DNA of 64,000 bases from Flectonema sp. DT1601 (lineage: Eukaryota). The notes beneath the pieces are model-generated. The model did not search any database and was not told the DNA's origin. It was given only the letters and a program-made list of their open reading frames with translations. Every line of letters starts with the position of its first letter. The first letter of the stretch is position 1. The position numbers were made by a program, and so were the translations under genes. Positions 1-10,871 of this stretch are shown in pieces. The DNA is taken from NCBI GenBank assembly GCA_964019425.1, contig OZ025781.1, forward strand, positions 992,001-1,056,000, written 5' to 3'.

Positions 1-72
1 AAGTCAAACATTAAAGGTTAGGTATAGATGACTTCACTATGGATAAAAAAAAAACTCAAGAAAGGTAGAACA

Positions 73-951
73 TTAGTATCCATCACACATCCCTCCGGAA
101 TCAGCTACTTCTTGGACGAATTGTTCGTCATTTTTCAAATAATTTGATAAATGATTCCAACATCTTGGGTTCCTAACTAAACATTTAATAATAAGTGATC
201 TGAGTGTTGCATCTTCCAGAATTTCGCTCGTTGTAAAAACATTTACCACCGCAGGACATGAAGTGCAAGAGTTCAGTACAGCAGTGTGATCTGCCTTTAC
301 TAAATGGGCAACGCAGTTGGTAGACCTGGCGCTTTTTAAATACGCAGTTAGGATGTAAGTATCGGTTGGAAAACTAGCGTGACAAAACGGTCTCCAGGCT
401 TTCGTTGCTACGCTTTTCATGAATTTTCTATTCTTCTTGAGAGTGTCAGGAATAAGTTCCCAGTTATCTTCAAAACAATAACAAGCAGCTCTCAATGCAA
501 CAATCTTATTGGATTTCATCTGCGGACTCAACAGGTTATATTGTCCTGATGATGTGATCGTATAACTAAATTCAACATCACATTTAAGGCGATCGCTAAT
601 TCGTGAATAGTTTTCAGGACAGTTTCTGACTGCTATTATCGCAAACTGTTCGTTGTTTGCTGTAAAACTGTTCCAGTCAGATTCATGAACCGTTGGTGGA
701 CATCTTCTTAAAACATCACTAACTATTACTTCACCATTAGGTTTTAAAAATATTTCATCATTTGGTCCTATTCCGACTGATGTCAGAATCGTATTCTTTT
801 TTAGAACCAGTTGATCGAATTCAAGTTGCATCCTTATCGGATCCATGTCGAGCTCATCTGCAATTATTTCTATTAAACAATTACAAGTAGTCAATTCATT
901 GATTTCTTTTAATGTACAATCACCATTTGGAAGAATCACTTGAACGTCCAT
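73..951 (-). CDS. N-terminal ubiquitin-like domain + DUF4116-like helical repeat protein (292 aa)
   Basis: N-terminus has a Ubl-type pattern (VQVILPNG...MQLEFDQLVL...LTSVGIGPNDEIFL). Repeats such as ISDRLKCDVEF, LSPQMKSNKIVAL, IPDTLKKNRKF and LSNYLKNDEQFV resemble DUF4116. Confidence 0.65.
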   Translation of the reverse strand: MDVQVILPNGDCTLKEINELTTCNCLIEIIADELDMDPIRMQLEFDQLVLKKNTILTSVGIGPNDEIFLKPNGEVIVSDVLRRCPPTVHESDWNSFTANNEQFAIIAVRNCPENYSRISDRLKCDVEFSYTITSSGQYNLLSPQMKSNKIVALRAACYCFEDNWELIPDTLKKNRKFMKSVATKAWRPFCHASFPTDTYILTAYLKSARSTNCVAHLVKADHTAVLNSCTSCPAVVNVFTTSEILEDATLRSLIIKCLVRNPRCWNHLSNYLKNDEQFVQEVADSGGMCDGY

Positions 952-1400
952 ATTACTCTTTCGAAGATAATCTCCTTGAGATGATGAAAAAATGAAAAAA
1001 AAAAAGTTGAAAAAAAAACTGGGATTTCATAATATTTTATTACATTTTTTTTTTTTTTTTTTTTTTGCTTTTTACACACGCCGTCTGTTGAATGAGATAA
1101 TTTTATTTTTATTTTTTTTAAAAAAAAAAAATAAAAAAAAATAAACACGAACACCAATTGGTGTTATCCTTAACGAAAGTATAAATCGCCCTCCCAATAG
1201 CGGGGCTTCATGTAAATGCACTAATGGAGGTGGGGAGGGGAGGCCGCGGGTTGTAATACAATAATATTCGTATCATAAATTTAACGATAATTTAGCAATC
1301 TGTTGAGGATACAGTGAACTATAGTGATGATGGTTTTTTTAGCTTTTTTTTGAAGTAACTCTCTTAGAAATTATTGAGACTGAATCACCCCCCCCCCCTA

Positions 1401-3371
1401 GGGGGGGGTACAAGCTGTCGATAAAGTACTTTTTCCGAATTTTGGTAAATATAACCTTCCCGGGGGCAAAAAATACCCAGGACCCCATCAGAACCCCCAA
1501 AAATGTGATTTCGGGGCCGAAAAAACCTCGATTTGGCTGATTTCGGCAAAGGAATGAAAAATCTCAAAAAGTGTGGACCGTGTGGTACCTGGGGGTCCAA
1601 TTTTGAGGACTGTGAAATGCACCTTCAAATAAATTTTTTTTACAATGAGAAGAGGTGAGTCTTGGTGTGCCCCTGTATGCGCAGTTTGCTAATATACCGT
1701 TTCCGTATCAGTTTCCGCCTCAAGAACACGCCACGAAAAAGAACAGCGCTCTCGCTCGGCCATGCTTGAGGCCACGAGGCTCACGGGCAGGATATCGCAG
1801 CGGAAAACAACGTTCTGCAGGGCAGCTCACAAAGTCATTCTGCGGAGGAGAGCATTGATCCCGGAGTGCATGAAAACACCTCCCGAGGCATCCCTGAAGT
1901 CACTCAACAGCACTTGGACAGTCAGAAGCAAGATACGCGTGAGAAAGGGGTCCAAAAACGTCCAGTATCTGAATCGTGGTCACAGAAGGCTCACAGAATA
2001 GACAAAGCGCCACGTCTGTACCCCAAACAGGGATAAGCCTGAAGACAGCTGTAGTGGTAGTGCCTCAAATAGCAGTGCCATAGATAGCAACAGCGACATA
2101 GGGCAACATGCCCCGTCCAAAAAGCCGTTCAAGGCATCACTCAAGACCCAACCATACTCACCAGCAGGGCATACAAGACACTCCAGTACATGCGGCATAC
2201 AAAGAAGTACGGAAGACACATCCGCTTGCAACTGTACCCAAACGAGGGGGATATACTCCTAGAGTCTTGGAGTCTTAACTACACTGCAGATATTGCGGCA
2301 AGAAGGGATCGGCGCAGAGAGATCTAACTAAGTCCTGAGTGAGTGACATAGTTGAAGCTGTCGCAGGTGCACAGACAGAAGGGAAGCGGGTCGAAGTCAC
2401 CAATTATATCTCGAAGGACAGTCCGGCTTGTTGATGGATTCACAGGTGATCTGTCGGTGACCTGACTTCTTGAAGCAGCAGCTTCCTCCTCACCCTCCGT
2501 CACATCGCTGCAGCATGATACTTCCTCTGGTACCGTCGTGCTCGTGGGATGAAGCTAACAACCGTTGTGTTCGTTGTCATCCTGCACCCCTCAAGGGATG
2601 GGGAGGTTATTCAGTGTTGTTGATAGTTCTTAGTCAACTGATGGAACCAGTGGCGTGAATGTTGCCCTACTGATAACGTACAACATATTCCAGAGGCACA
2701 CGGGCTTCCAATGGCTACCACATCAACGCAGGACCACCGACCCTCTTCAGATTGGCAAGAACAAGCACAACAGGAGGCGCCACAGGGGCTGAAAGTACCA
2801 CTCCGTCCTCACAGGGAAGACCTCTAGACAGCAAGGCCTAATGCTAATCTGCCATCCGCATCCAAGGATTGGTCCTCTGTCTATCTTGTACAGAAAGAAG
2901 CACAGCTTCGGGCCGAATTTCGAAACCTGAGCACATGGGATGTTCAAGAGAAGGCCAGTAGCCTAAACATCGGACAAGGGGGAATTAGCACGCCGGGTCT
3001 CGTGTAGCATATAATTAAGGTTCAAATCAGGTCGATAAAAATAAAAATTGAGTTCCCATTTCATTCCCCACTCAACTTAGAGGGAAACCCCGGTTATGGA
3101 TTGCTCAATGCACGGAATTACTTGTAATTTTTGTGAGCCCTCCTAACACACCCCTTGTTTTCACCCCCCTCAGGTACCACACGGTCCACACTTTTTGAGA
3201 TTTTTCAAAGACTTGCTCTAAAGTGCCGAAGAACTGTTTCTTTGGATCGCAATCCCCATTTTTGGGGTATATGTTGCAGTTTTCATAATTTGGGTGCCCA
3301 AAAAACTTGTTCTCCGGAAAAAAATCGAAAGTGCCCAAAATCTCCGTAAAATCGATGCTTGTACCCCCCCC
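1401..3371. mobile_element. Non-autonomous TIR DNA transposon (~1.97 kb) with TA target duplication
   Basis: Perfect 15-bp TIR GGGGGGGGTACAAGC (1401-1415 / 3357-3371) with TA on both sides (1399-1400, 3372-3373). Perfect 37-bp subterminal inverted repeat (1555-1591 / 3171-3207). Interior is GC-richer than the flanks and has no long ORF. Confidence 0.85.
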
Positions 3372-3373
3372 TA

Positions 3374-3523
3374 CCCCCCCCCCCCCAGTTAATCAAAAAA
3401 AAAAAGCAAAATTTCGTAGGACAACAAACAAGTTGGTTTCGGGCTAAGATTAAAAACAATCTTTCTTCGGACCATTCCCCTTACCCAGCCCTCTTCAGCG
3501 AAGAGAGCCAGGGGGACATCTGA
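3374..3523 (-). mobile_element. Short 5'-truncated or non-autonomous PLE-type insertion carrying hammerhead A
   Basis: After removing the DNA transposon, it is flanked by the direct repeat ATTGAGACTGAATCA(C)nTA (1373-1400 and 3524-3547). Sequence is similar to 23995-24108. Confidence 0.65.
3434..3517 (-). ncRNA. Rearranged (A-C-B order) hammerhead ribozyme, copy A
   Basis: Minus strand reads CUCUCUUCG-CUGAAGA-GGGCU...AAUGGUC^CGAAGAAAG...AGCCC-GAAA-CCA. Stem I is CUUCG/CGAAG, stem II is GGGCU/AGCCC, stem III is ACCA/UGGU, and the cleavage triplet is GUC. Confidence 0.75.
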
Positions 3524-5259
3524 ATTGAGACTGAATCACCCCCCCTAGTTAGTAAGTCAGGTAGCATAGTTACGTTTTGTAATTATGAATAAATAAAAAA
3601 TACCTTTATTACAGCTACTAGGATTTTTTATTGTAAAAAAGAAATTGCATTTTAATAGGTAACTTATTACTGCAATTAAATATGGAGCATTGGGTTAGGC
3701 ATTCGGGCACACTTATAATAATATAAATATACCACACTGGATCAATGTTAACTAATATAATTAGTAATTTATGAGACAGCTGGCTAGTTATAGAAAAAAA
3801 TCTTTTTTCGTATTTTTGTCCCGAATTTAGTTGAACGTGAAGGGACTTCATAGTTCATCACTTGTTGTTGGGGCATCGTACGAGTTTTAGAGTAAGATTA
3901 ATTTTTTGGGCAAAGTCCAGAGCAGGGGTGTGTACAGTTCTCACAGACTGGTCCTTCATAGGATATCTACCTGTAACTTTTGGTACAGGAAGTGTATTTT
4001 TCTTTCGATAAAAAATAAACAGAACTATTTAAGACCCATAGCATAGAGTCATATTATCTGAATTTCTGAGTAATATTATTTTTTTTCCCTCCAAAAATGC
4101 CGTCTTAAACCAAAAGGTGGAAAGGTTCCCCTAAGTAAACCGACAAAGATATAAAAGAAACATAAATAACAAGCGCTAACAGCCTTTTGATAAAAGGGGT
4201 ACCTTGATACTCTTCTTTAGGTGTGAGAAAGACATTGCAATCACGGGAAAGAAGAACAATAAACAAAAACCGAACCGTCATTTTGCAGGTTCAGAAACAG
4301 ATAATATAAGTTTACATGTCTTTCCATACCAGGAAACGTTCAAACGATGGTCTCTTTTTTTCGCAAGACCATTCGTATTAGAGCAATAACACCTACCATG
4401 TGAGTACCAAGAGAAACAGGTATTATTCTTACCGCTTTATTTGTCGGTTTCAGAACAGGAAACGACAGCAGGAAAGATAAAAAGGGGGATGTAAAACTTG
4501 GGCTTATCAAAACTTCGCAATAGAAATAGCTGACCACGTTGTAAATCTAATGTGAGTTGTGTTTGGTTTGATAAAACAGTTTTATGCCAACAGTCTCACT
4601 CAAAGTTAAATACTGTGTAGTTATCTGAAAACACTTTTTTTTTTTTTTTTTTTTTTTTTGTGTGGGAGAGGGAGACGGCATGAAATAAATCCACAACTGC
4701 AAGCTCAACCTAATCTGCTGCTAAAAGGACCAGGTGGGTTTTTTGGATGAGAGGGTGTAAATGGCTTCGTGCGAAGCAGAGCAAAGTACTTCACCGACTG
4801 CTTTGAATACTGAGTAAGAAGGGAAAATAAAAAATAATTCGTACTGATGCAGCCGAACCAACAGTTTAAGTAACCCGCTCACCAAAAAAAAGATTTTTAC
4901 ATAAAATAAAAAAAAATTAAAAATCAGCAAACAAACCTTATAAAATTATTAGTGAAGGGAGAGGAAAAAGCGGGGGGAAAAAAGAAAAAAAACCAAAGAA
5001 GAAACATTTTCATTCCTGTATTCAATTTATTCATAACTGAAAAGTCAACGAAACAAATAATCACAGAAGAGCATTAACCAACCAAGAGATGCTATAATCG
5101 ATCAGAAGAGAGACGCTAGTCACTCTTTTTTTATCGACCCCAACTCGATGGTAAAGTTGTAATACACATGAAAAGAAGAACGTAACTAAAAGCAACTTAA
5201 TAACAAAGTTACTTTTTTTCTGTACTCGTCGGTGCAAGCTACCTGATGTTGTTAACTAA

Positions 5260-7750
5260 TTAGTGAATAACAAAAGCAATCCCAACAGCTATCACAACGA
5301 GGAGTATTACGATTATCACACTCAGAACGTAAACTGTTCTTCGACTCTGTGTAAGTTCCCGAAATGAATTCTTACACAGAGATGGTGATAACGGTTTCGT
5401 AGGGTTATCCCTAGGCAGGGTCACACGAGAAGGACTACGAGGCGACTTTGACATTCGAGTGCTAAAAGTACTTCCACTTGTCTTCTTTGACTGTATTGAA
5501 GAAGCAGGTCCTAAATATGCTGAAGGATTACTGTCAACTCTGCTAACGACCAGATCATCATTCAATTCAGTCATCGTACTTCTTATCCCGTACATGATAT
5601 CATTCTCTTCTGGATACCCTCCGAATATAGTCGATGCCTGCATACTACTTTGATAATCACTAACAACATCACTTACTTCAGGTTGTATATTTATAAGAGA
5701 CAAACAACTTCCGACTAAGTGTTTTTGAATCATGCTTCTCTCATCATCCATTGTAACATGTTCCACGACTGGGTGTTGACCTTGCTTTGAAGCAACTCGA
5801 CGGCTTGCCTGTGATTATTAATGTTATAAAGATGATTTATTATATGACATCAAGTGAAGCATATCGTAGCATACCTCAACACCTAATCCAGAACGTCTAC
5901 TGCTGGGAGTTGCTGAGATCCTTGAAGACATTGAGAGCTGTGTTGGTTTACTACATAAGAAAAAAGGAAAGCATTTTTATTAAATTGAAAATAAAAGAAC
6001 AATCGCATACCGTTCGTTCTTCACGTGATCTCCTTGGTTTTAGTTTAAAAGCATGACCAGGTTTAGAGTGACGAGAAGCTTTGCTATTGGGAGACGGCGT
6101 CGCACTTGCGAATACGTCCTCAGCAAGAACGTTATCTTCCAGTGCGAAAGAATGATTTGTGACAAAAGATTGAGGACAGGACTGTACTTCCATATCAGAT
6201 TCATTATCAGATTGTTCAGAAGGAGAGATAGAATCAATTTCTGTTGGCTGACACTTGGGTATGTTCCCAATGTTCTTTTGAAAAGTGAGTGGTGACCCAA
6301 CATTACCAGCTGACATTGCACTATTAGCACGAGGTCCTAAGTACAACACACCTGATGGATCAAAGCAGTCATGACCTCCAAGTGATGATTCGAAATCACA
6401 ATCTGTATCCGTTTCGTATTCATCCTCAGCTAGATATGAATCACTTATTAACTCAGCAGCTGTTCGTCTTAATCGAGGACACTTAACAAGACATAATTTC
6501 AAAAAGTTACCAGCTTCTGCAGAAGGAAGTGTTGGAAGAGAAGGAAGAGGATCATCACTTGCTAACACAGACATCAGCTGAAGACTATTTGTTGTTATGT
6601 GTGAGAATGGAGGCTGAGCTGTAAACATTTCAATCATCGTCGCTCCGAGTGACCAAACATCACATGGAAGCTGTCCAACTTTCTCTCTAATAACTTCGGG
6701 AGCCATCCAAGCTGGAGTACCAGTCATCTCTCCTGAAGTAGCTGACTTCAGCTCATCAAGAGTTGTTGCCGTACCAAAATCAGCGAGTTTGCATATACCG
6801 TGAACACTCACTAAGACATTCGCACCTTTCACATCTCTGTGAACCACACCATTATCATGCAGGTATTGAAGTGCACTTAGAATCTGACGAGTGTAATTCT
6901 TAACAGTCGCTTCTGATAGAGTTCCGAATTCTTTGATTAGAGATGCAATACTTCCACCAGGTACGAATTCCATGAATATATTAATCATTGCACCAACCCT
7001 CTCAGTACAGTAATAGGCTACAATATTATCGTGAGTCAGTTTCTTCATCATTCGAATTTCATGTTGTAAAGAAGTTAGTTTTCGAGCGACTGATGTATCC
7101 TTTAATGTGAATTCAATTGTTTTTACTGCCATCAGCTGACCAGTGTCTTGATTCAGTCCCAGACACACTTTACCCCATGCTCCTTGACCTAAGAACTTAC
7201 CTCGTTTCCATCGAAGTTTTGTAACTTCTTTTGTTTCCAGAGGATTCGATGGGGCTATTGGAGGTACCTTTCCGTGATTTGGTGATCCACAAAACGTACT
7301 CGGTTTTGGGGGAGGGCTGTTTTTGATTTGTTTCTTCTTCTTGTATAAACAAACAATTCTCAATAGAATTACACAACGGGTCATACCTTCCCAAATGATT
7401 TCTACGATTGGAACCGCTGCTGCTGCATCTTCTGTGTGTGAAGTCCGCAGATCCTATCGCTCTCGCGTTGTTGCGATACATCTCTGGGTTTGCTTTGGGA
7501 GATGATCTTTGTGATCTGTTTTAGTATTGAGTAGAAAGGTTTGTTCAAAGAATATATCAAAAGAAATAAACAAACTGCTGTCATACTTTACTTCTGGCAC
7601 AATACCGAAAGTGGTAGTCGTACCCTTGATGTGATTACAAGCATTACTAAAGCTTGTATTATGCGTAAAGCTTGATGCTTTTTCCAAAGTTCCATTGGTG
7701 GCAGCCCAATGCTCTTCGGAACACGGTATGCTTTTCCGCCGTTCGCCCAT
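5260..7750 (-). CDS. STE11/MAPKKK-family Ser/Thr kinase with C-terminal transmembrane anchor (5 exons)
   Basis: Motifs GQGAWG, MAVK, HRDVKGANVL, DFG, GTPAWMAPE. Frame-preserving GT-AG introns 7516-7586, 7317-7386, 5938-6010 and 5809-5874 join ORFs 7454..7750, 5951..7384 and 5260..5766. Protein ends VYVLSVIIVILLVVIAVGIAFVIH. Confidence 0.85.
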
Positions 7751-8028
7751 TTGCTGTGCGCCGCATTAATGAACCTGTTTGATAGAGAGCAATTAATATT
7801 TATGTATTGAAGGAATTGTTGCTGATTATGACACATAGTTAATCTGTTGTAACTGTAAGATAATAATTTATTATTAAAACAAAACAAGCAATAGCATTCG
7901 AAGGGGAAATTCCCAATCAAATTGGTTAAGACAGAAATAGAATTAATAACAAATGTTAACCTTTCAGCTGCATGGATTGTTAATCAGAATTAACTAAAGA
8001 TGACTAACGCTGTATATATTACATGGGC

Positions 8029-9613
8029 TCATCCATAGACAGCTCTGGCCTTTGGCGGACCCGACTTTGTAACAGAAGCGATTGTTTCTTTTTGCTTCTG
8101 CTTTTGCTCTGCAACTTCCGCGCGTTGTTCTTTTTTTTTCTTCTCAGTGAGTTGCTTTTCTTTGATTTCCTTATAAAGTGTTTCGAGAGGTTCGTTGTGT
8201 TTACGAACCTGACGTTGATGACTCGATTGTGGAATAACAAAAGAAGAGAGTTTGTGAGCAAGATATATAGCAAGATGATGAGGTAAGATTACTAGATTCT
8301 CTGAATGGTATCTGTCAGAGAAGTCTTTCTGAATTGGAAGGTTGAAACAAAGTCGAACTCCTAAACTGTTCTCCTTAAGAGATTTAACGCTTTCAGCATT
8401 GCGATGTCTTTTTGCCTTTTCAGTTTCATATAACTGAGTGTCTCTCCATCTTGATTCGTGTAGCTCAACCAACTGATCCGATATATGTAAATATTGAAAG
8501 ATATCCTCAACAGCAAGGAAATTAATAATCCCAAGTACCTGTGATGTGAATAGTCCATTTGATGGTTTTAAAGCTTCCGGACAATCACACAAAACATTTA
8601 ATGGATGTTTGAGGTGTTTCTTCCAATCAGAAAGAGACGCTGATGAATCCTGTATAATGTGATTACTTGCTGTTTTTGGTTGTGTTATAAACTGCTCAAA
8701 GTCAGTTCCAATGTCCTTCATTTCATCACAGCAGCTGCTTCCCTTTGCGAGTCCAAATACAAAGGGAGTAGTGGTGGTGTTATCTTTTAGTATCATTTCT
8801 ATAATTACTTTATCTGGTTTAACACCTGCATATGCTTCCCATAACATTTTAAATATATTTTGTCTTGCTCTCAGTTGTAATGTTATCGTACAATATTTAA
8901 CATTACTCATCCCAGTTGCGTGGAGGTAGAACCAACGAGCTCCATCCTTACTTAGGATGGGATCTTCACAATTCTCTTCTTGTAATTTTGGTTTTCCAAA
9001 ACCAACGTAATTAAAGTGTTCCTATTTTTTAATAATTTGACTTTTAAATTTTATCTTAAAAAAAAGTAACTATTGGTATATTTTTTTTTTAGAAAATAAA
9101 AAAACACACCATCAGATACTCAAACACTGTCGCTGCGTACATTTTCGCGATCTCTTCGTTTTGCTGTGAGCCGGTGTGCCTGTTTTTTTTTTATTAATGC
9201 CAATTCCGTTGTTTAGTAAGGGAGTGAAAGATAAATTGCAACCAGATAACAAACCATTGATAAGCAGCATATCCAACAATAATCAAACAAGGAATGCTCA
9301 GAATTATCCCTAAGACGTCTGTGGGTGGTGGAGGACGATTTTCCTTCTTTTTGGGTGTTGGAATTTCAGTAAAATCTTCTTCATCTCCATCCACTCCTTC
9401 ATCATCATCCTGAGTTGATCCGAATGGATTGTTGTCTTCATATTCTTCCTCCGTGTGATCTGTTCGTTCTACTGCTTCGCTGAAGAAATGATCGCTTTCT
9501 TCTTCATCATCGTCAATGTCTCCAAACTCATCGTCATCATCATCAGAACAAGAAGCTTGTTGGATAACCACAACAGCTAATAATAGAATTAATAAAACTT
9601 TTATTGAATTCAT
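8029..9613 (-). CDS. CCDC47: CCDC47 / DUF1682 ER membrane protein, PAT complex subunit (3 exons)
   Basis: Introns 9180-9254 and 9022-9109 join ORFs 9194..9613 and 8029..8910 in frame. Architecture is signal peptide, acidic lumenal segment, one TM, then WHTGSQQNEEIAK...EHFNYVG...FYLHATG...LQLRARQN...PFVFGL, then a basic coiled-coil tail. Confidence 0.8.
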
Positions 9614-9825
9614 ATTTTGTGTAGTCTGAATGGAGATAATATAAAAAACTGAGATTACGAACAGAAAATTTCGAAGTCAGTCAGATGGTTTGTACCAGCG
9701 GCAGCTGTAACACAATTCTAAATTACGACCGGTGGGACATCAATAAGCTAAAAAGAAAACAAGAGCTTTAAAAACTCTGTTGGTAGAGAAAAAACGTTCT
9801 CCATGAGACTGATGAGGTAAAATAA

Positions 9826-10569
9826 TCAATAATGACCCCCAATAGCTGCAAGCCGAAGATGTCCTCTGGCATCAGTACCGACTTTGTTTTGAAGAGTCTC
9901 GTCGCCTCCGTTATTCAATAACAATTCGTATATTTCATTTTTTCCTCCATTCCATGCTGCCCAAATTAGAGGTGTGTCACCATTTTTTGGAGACACGTGA
10001 TTAGGATCAGCACCCACTGAGAGTAACTGATTACATGCTTCAAAACGTTGATTTCTAGCAGCCCACATCAAAGGAGACCATCCCGACAAGGAAGAAAAAT
10101 CAACAGTTGCTTTTCTATCGAGGAGTAGCTCAAGGAGGGGGATGTCATTATTAGCAGCGGCCTCATGCAGAGCAGTTACTCTGTCGTTGTTCTCTCTTGT
10201 GTCGGTGTGGTCTACGTCAGTACCACAGTTTAAGTGAAGCTTAACTATGTCAATATTACCTGACTGAGCTGCTGTGATCATCTCATCACCGTGTCCTTCG
10301 TAGTTCAGATTCTTTAGTTCTTTAAAATAACGAAACTTATCATTGACGCTAATCATTACTTCTTCTTCTGCTACAATACCACAACTAACAAACAACTCAT
10401 CATCTGGTAGAACATCTCCTCCATAACTAAGTTGTTGATATCTAGCAGGAGCAACGTTATGAATATTGTGTGCAATTTGTTCCTTTACAATGAGAACCGT
10501 ATCATTTGGAGATATATCAATCACTTCTTTCCGACTGTCTTCGCATATTATTAATGTGATGGGGAGCAT
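9826..10569 (-). CDS. Ubiquitin-like + ankyrin repeat protein (247 aa)
   Basis: Ubl N-terminus (DISPNDTVLIVKEQI...QQLSYGGDVLPDD). Ankyrin motifs TALHEAA, SPLMWAA, TPLIWAA. Confidence 0.85.
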   Translation of the reverse strand: MLPITLIICEDSRKEVIDISPNDTVLIVKEQIAHNIHNVAPARYQQLSYGGDVLPDDELFVSCGIVAEEEVMISVNDKFRYFKELKNLNYEGHGDEMITAAQSGNIDIVKLHLNCGTDVDHTDTRENNDRVTALHEAAANNDIPLLELLLDRKATVDFSSLSGWSPLMWAARNQRFEACNQLLSVGADPNHVSPKNGDTPLIWAAWNGGKNEIYELLLNNGGDETLQNKVGTDARGHLRLAAIGGHY

Positions 10570-10871
10570 TCTCTCTGTGAAGCATAATTACAGCTTGGGG
10601 TTGCACAGCCTTCTCAGACTGAAAGGAAGTAATATATCTCATGCTCTGTCCTGTAAATATTAATTAAGGTTATTGTCTGTATAAACAGATTAAGAAAACA
10701 TTAAATAAAAATCCAAAACCATAAATAGGTTGCGAAGCGATTGATAAAAGGATCCCCTTTTAGACAGCTGACGGGATTGCTTCCTCATAAAGTGTAGCCA
10801 ATGCCACTCGCTGGTTTTTGTTTGCATAAATAACAGAGAGATGATGTCTCTACTTGCGACGGTGATTACTT

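Noticed and set aside
1655..2947. Short ORFs inside the TIR element as transposase or TnpB/Fanzor
   Set aside because: No DDE, RuvC or zinc-finger motifs recognisable in the frames read.
9194..9613. Independent 139-aa membrane protein
   Set aside because: It splices in frame into 8029..8910 to give CCDC47.
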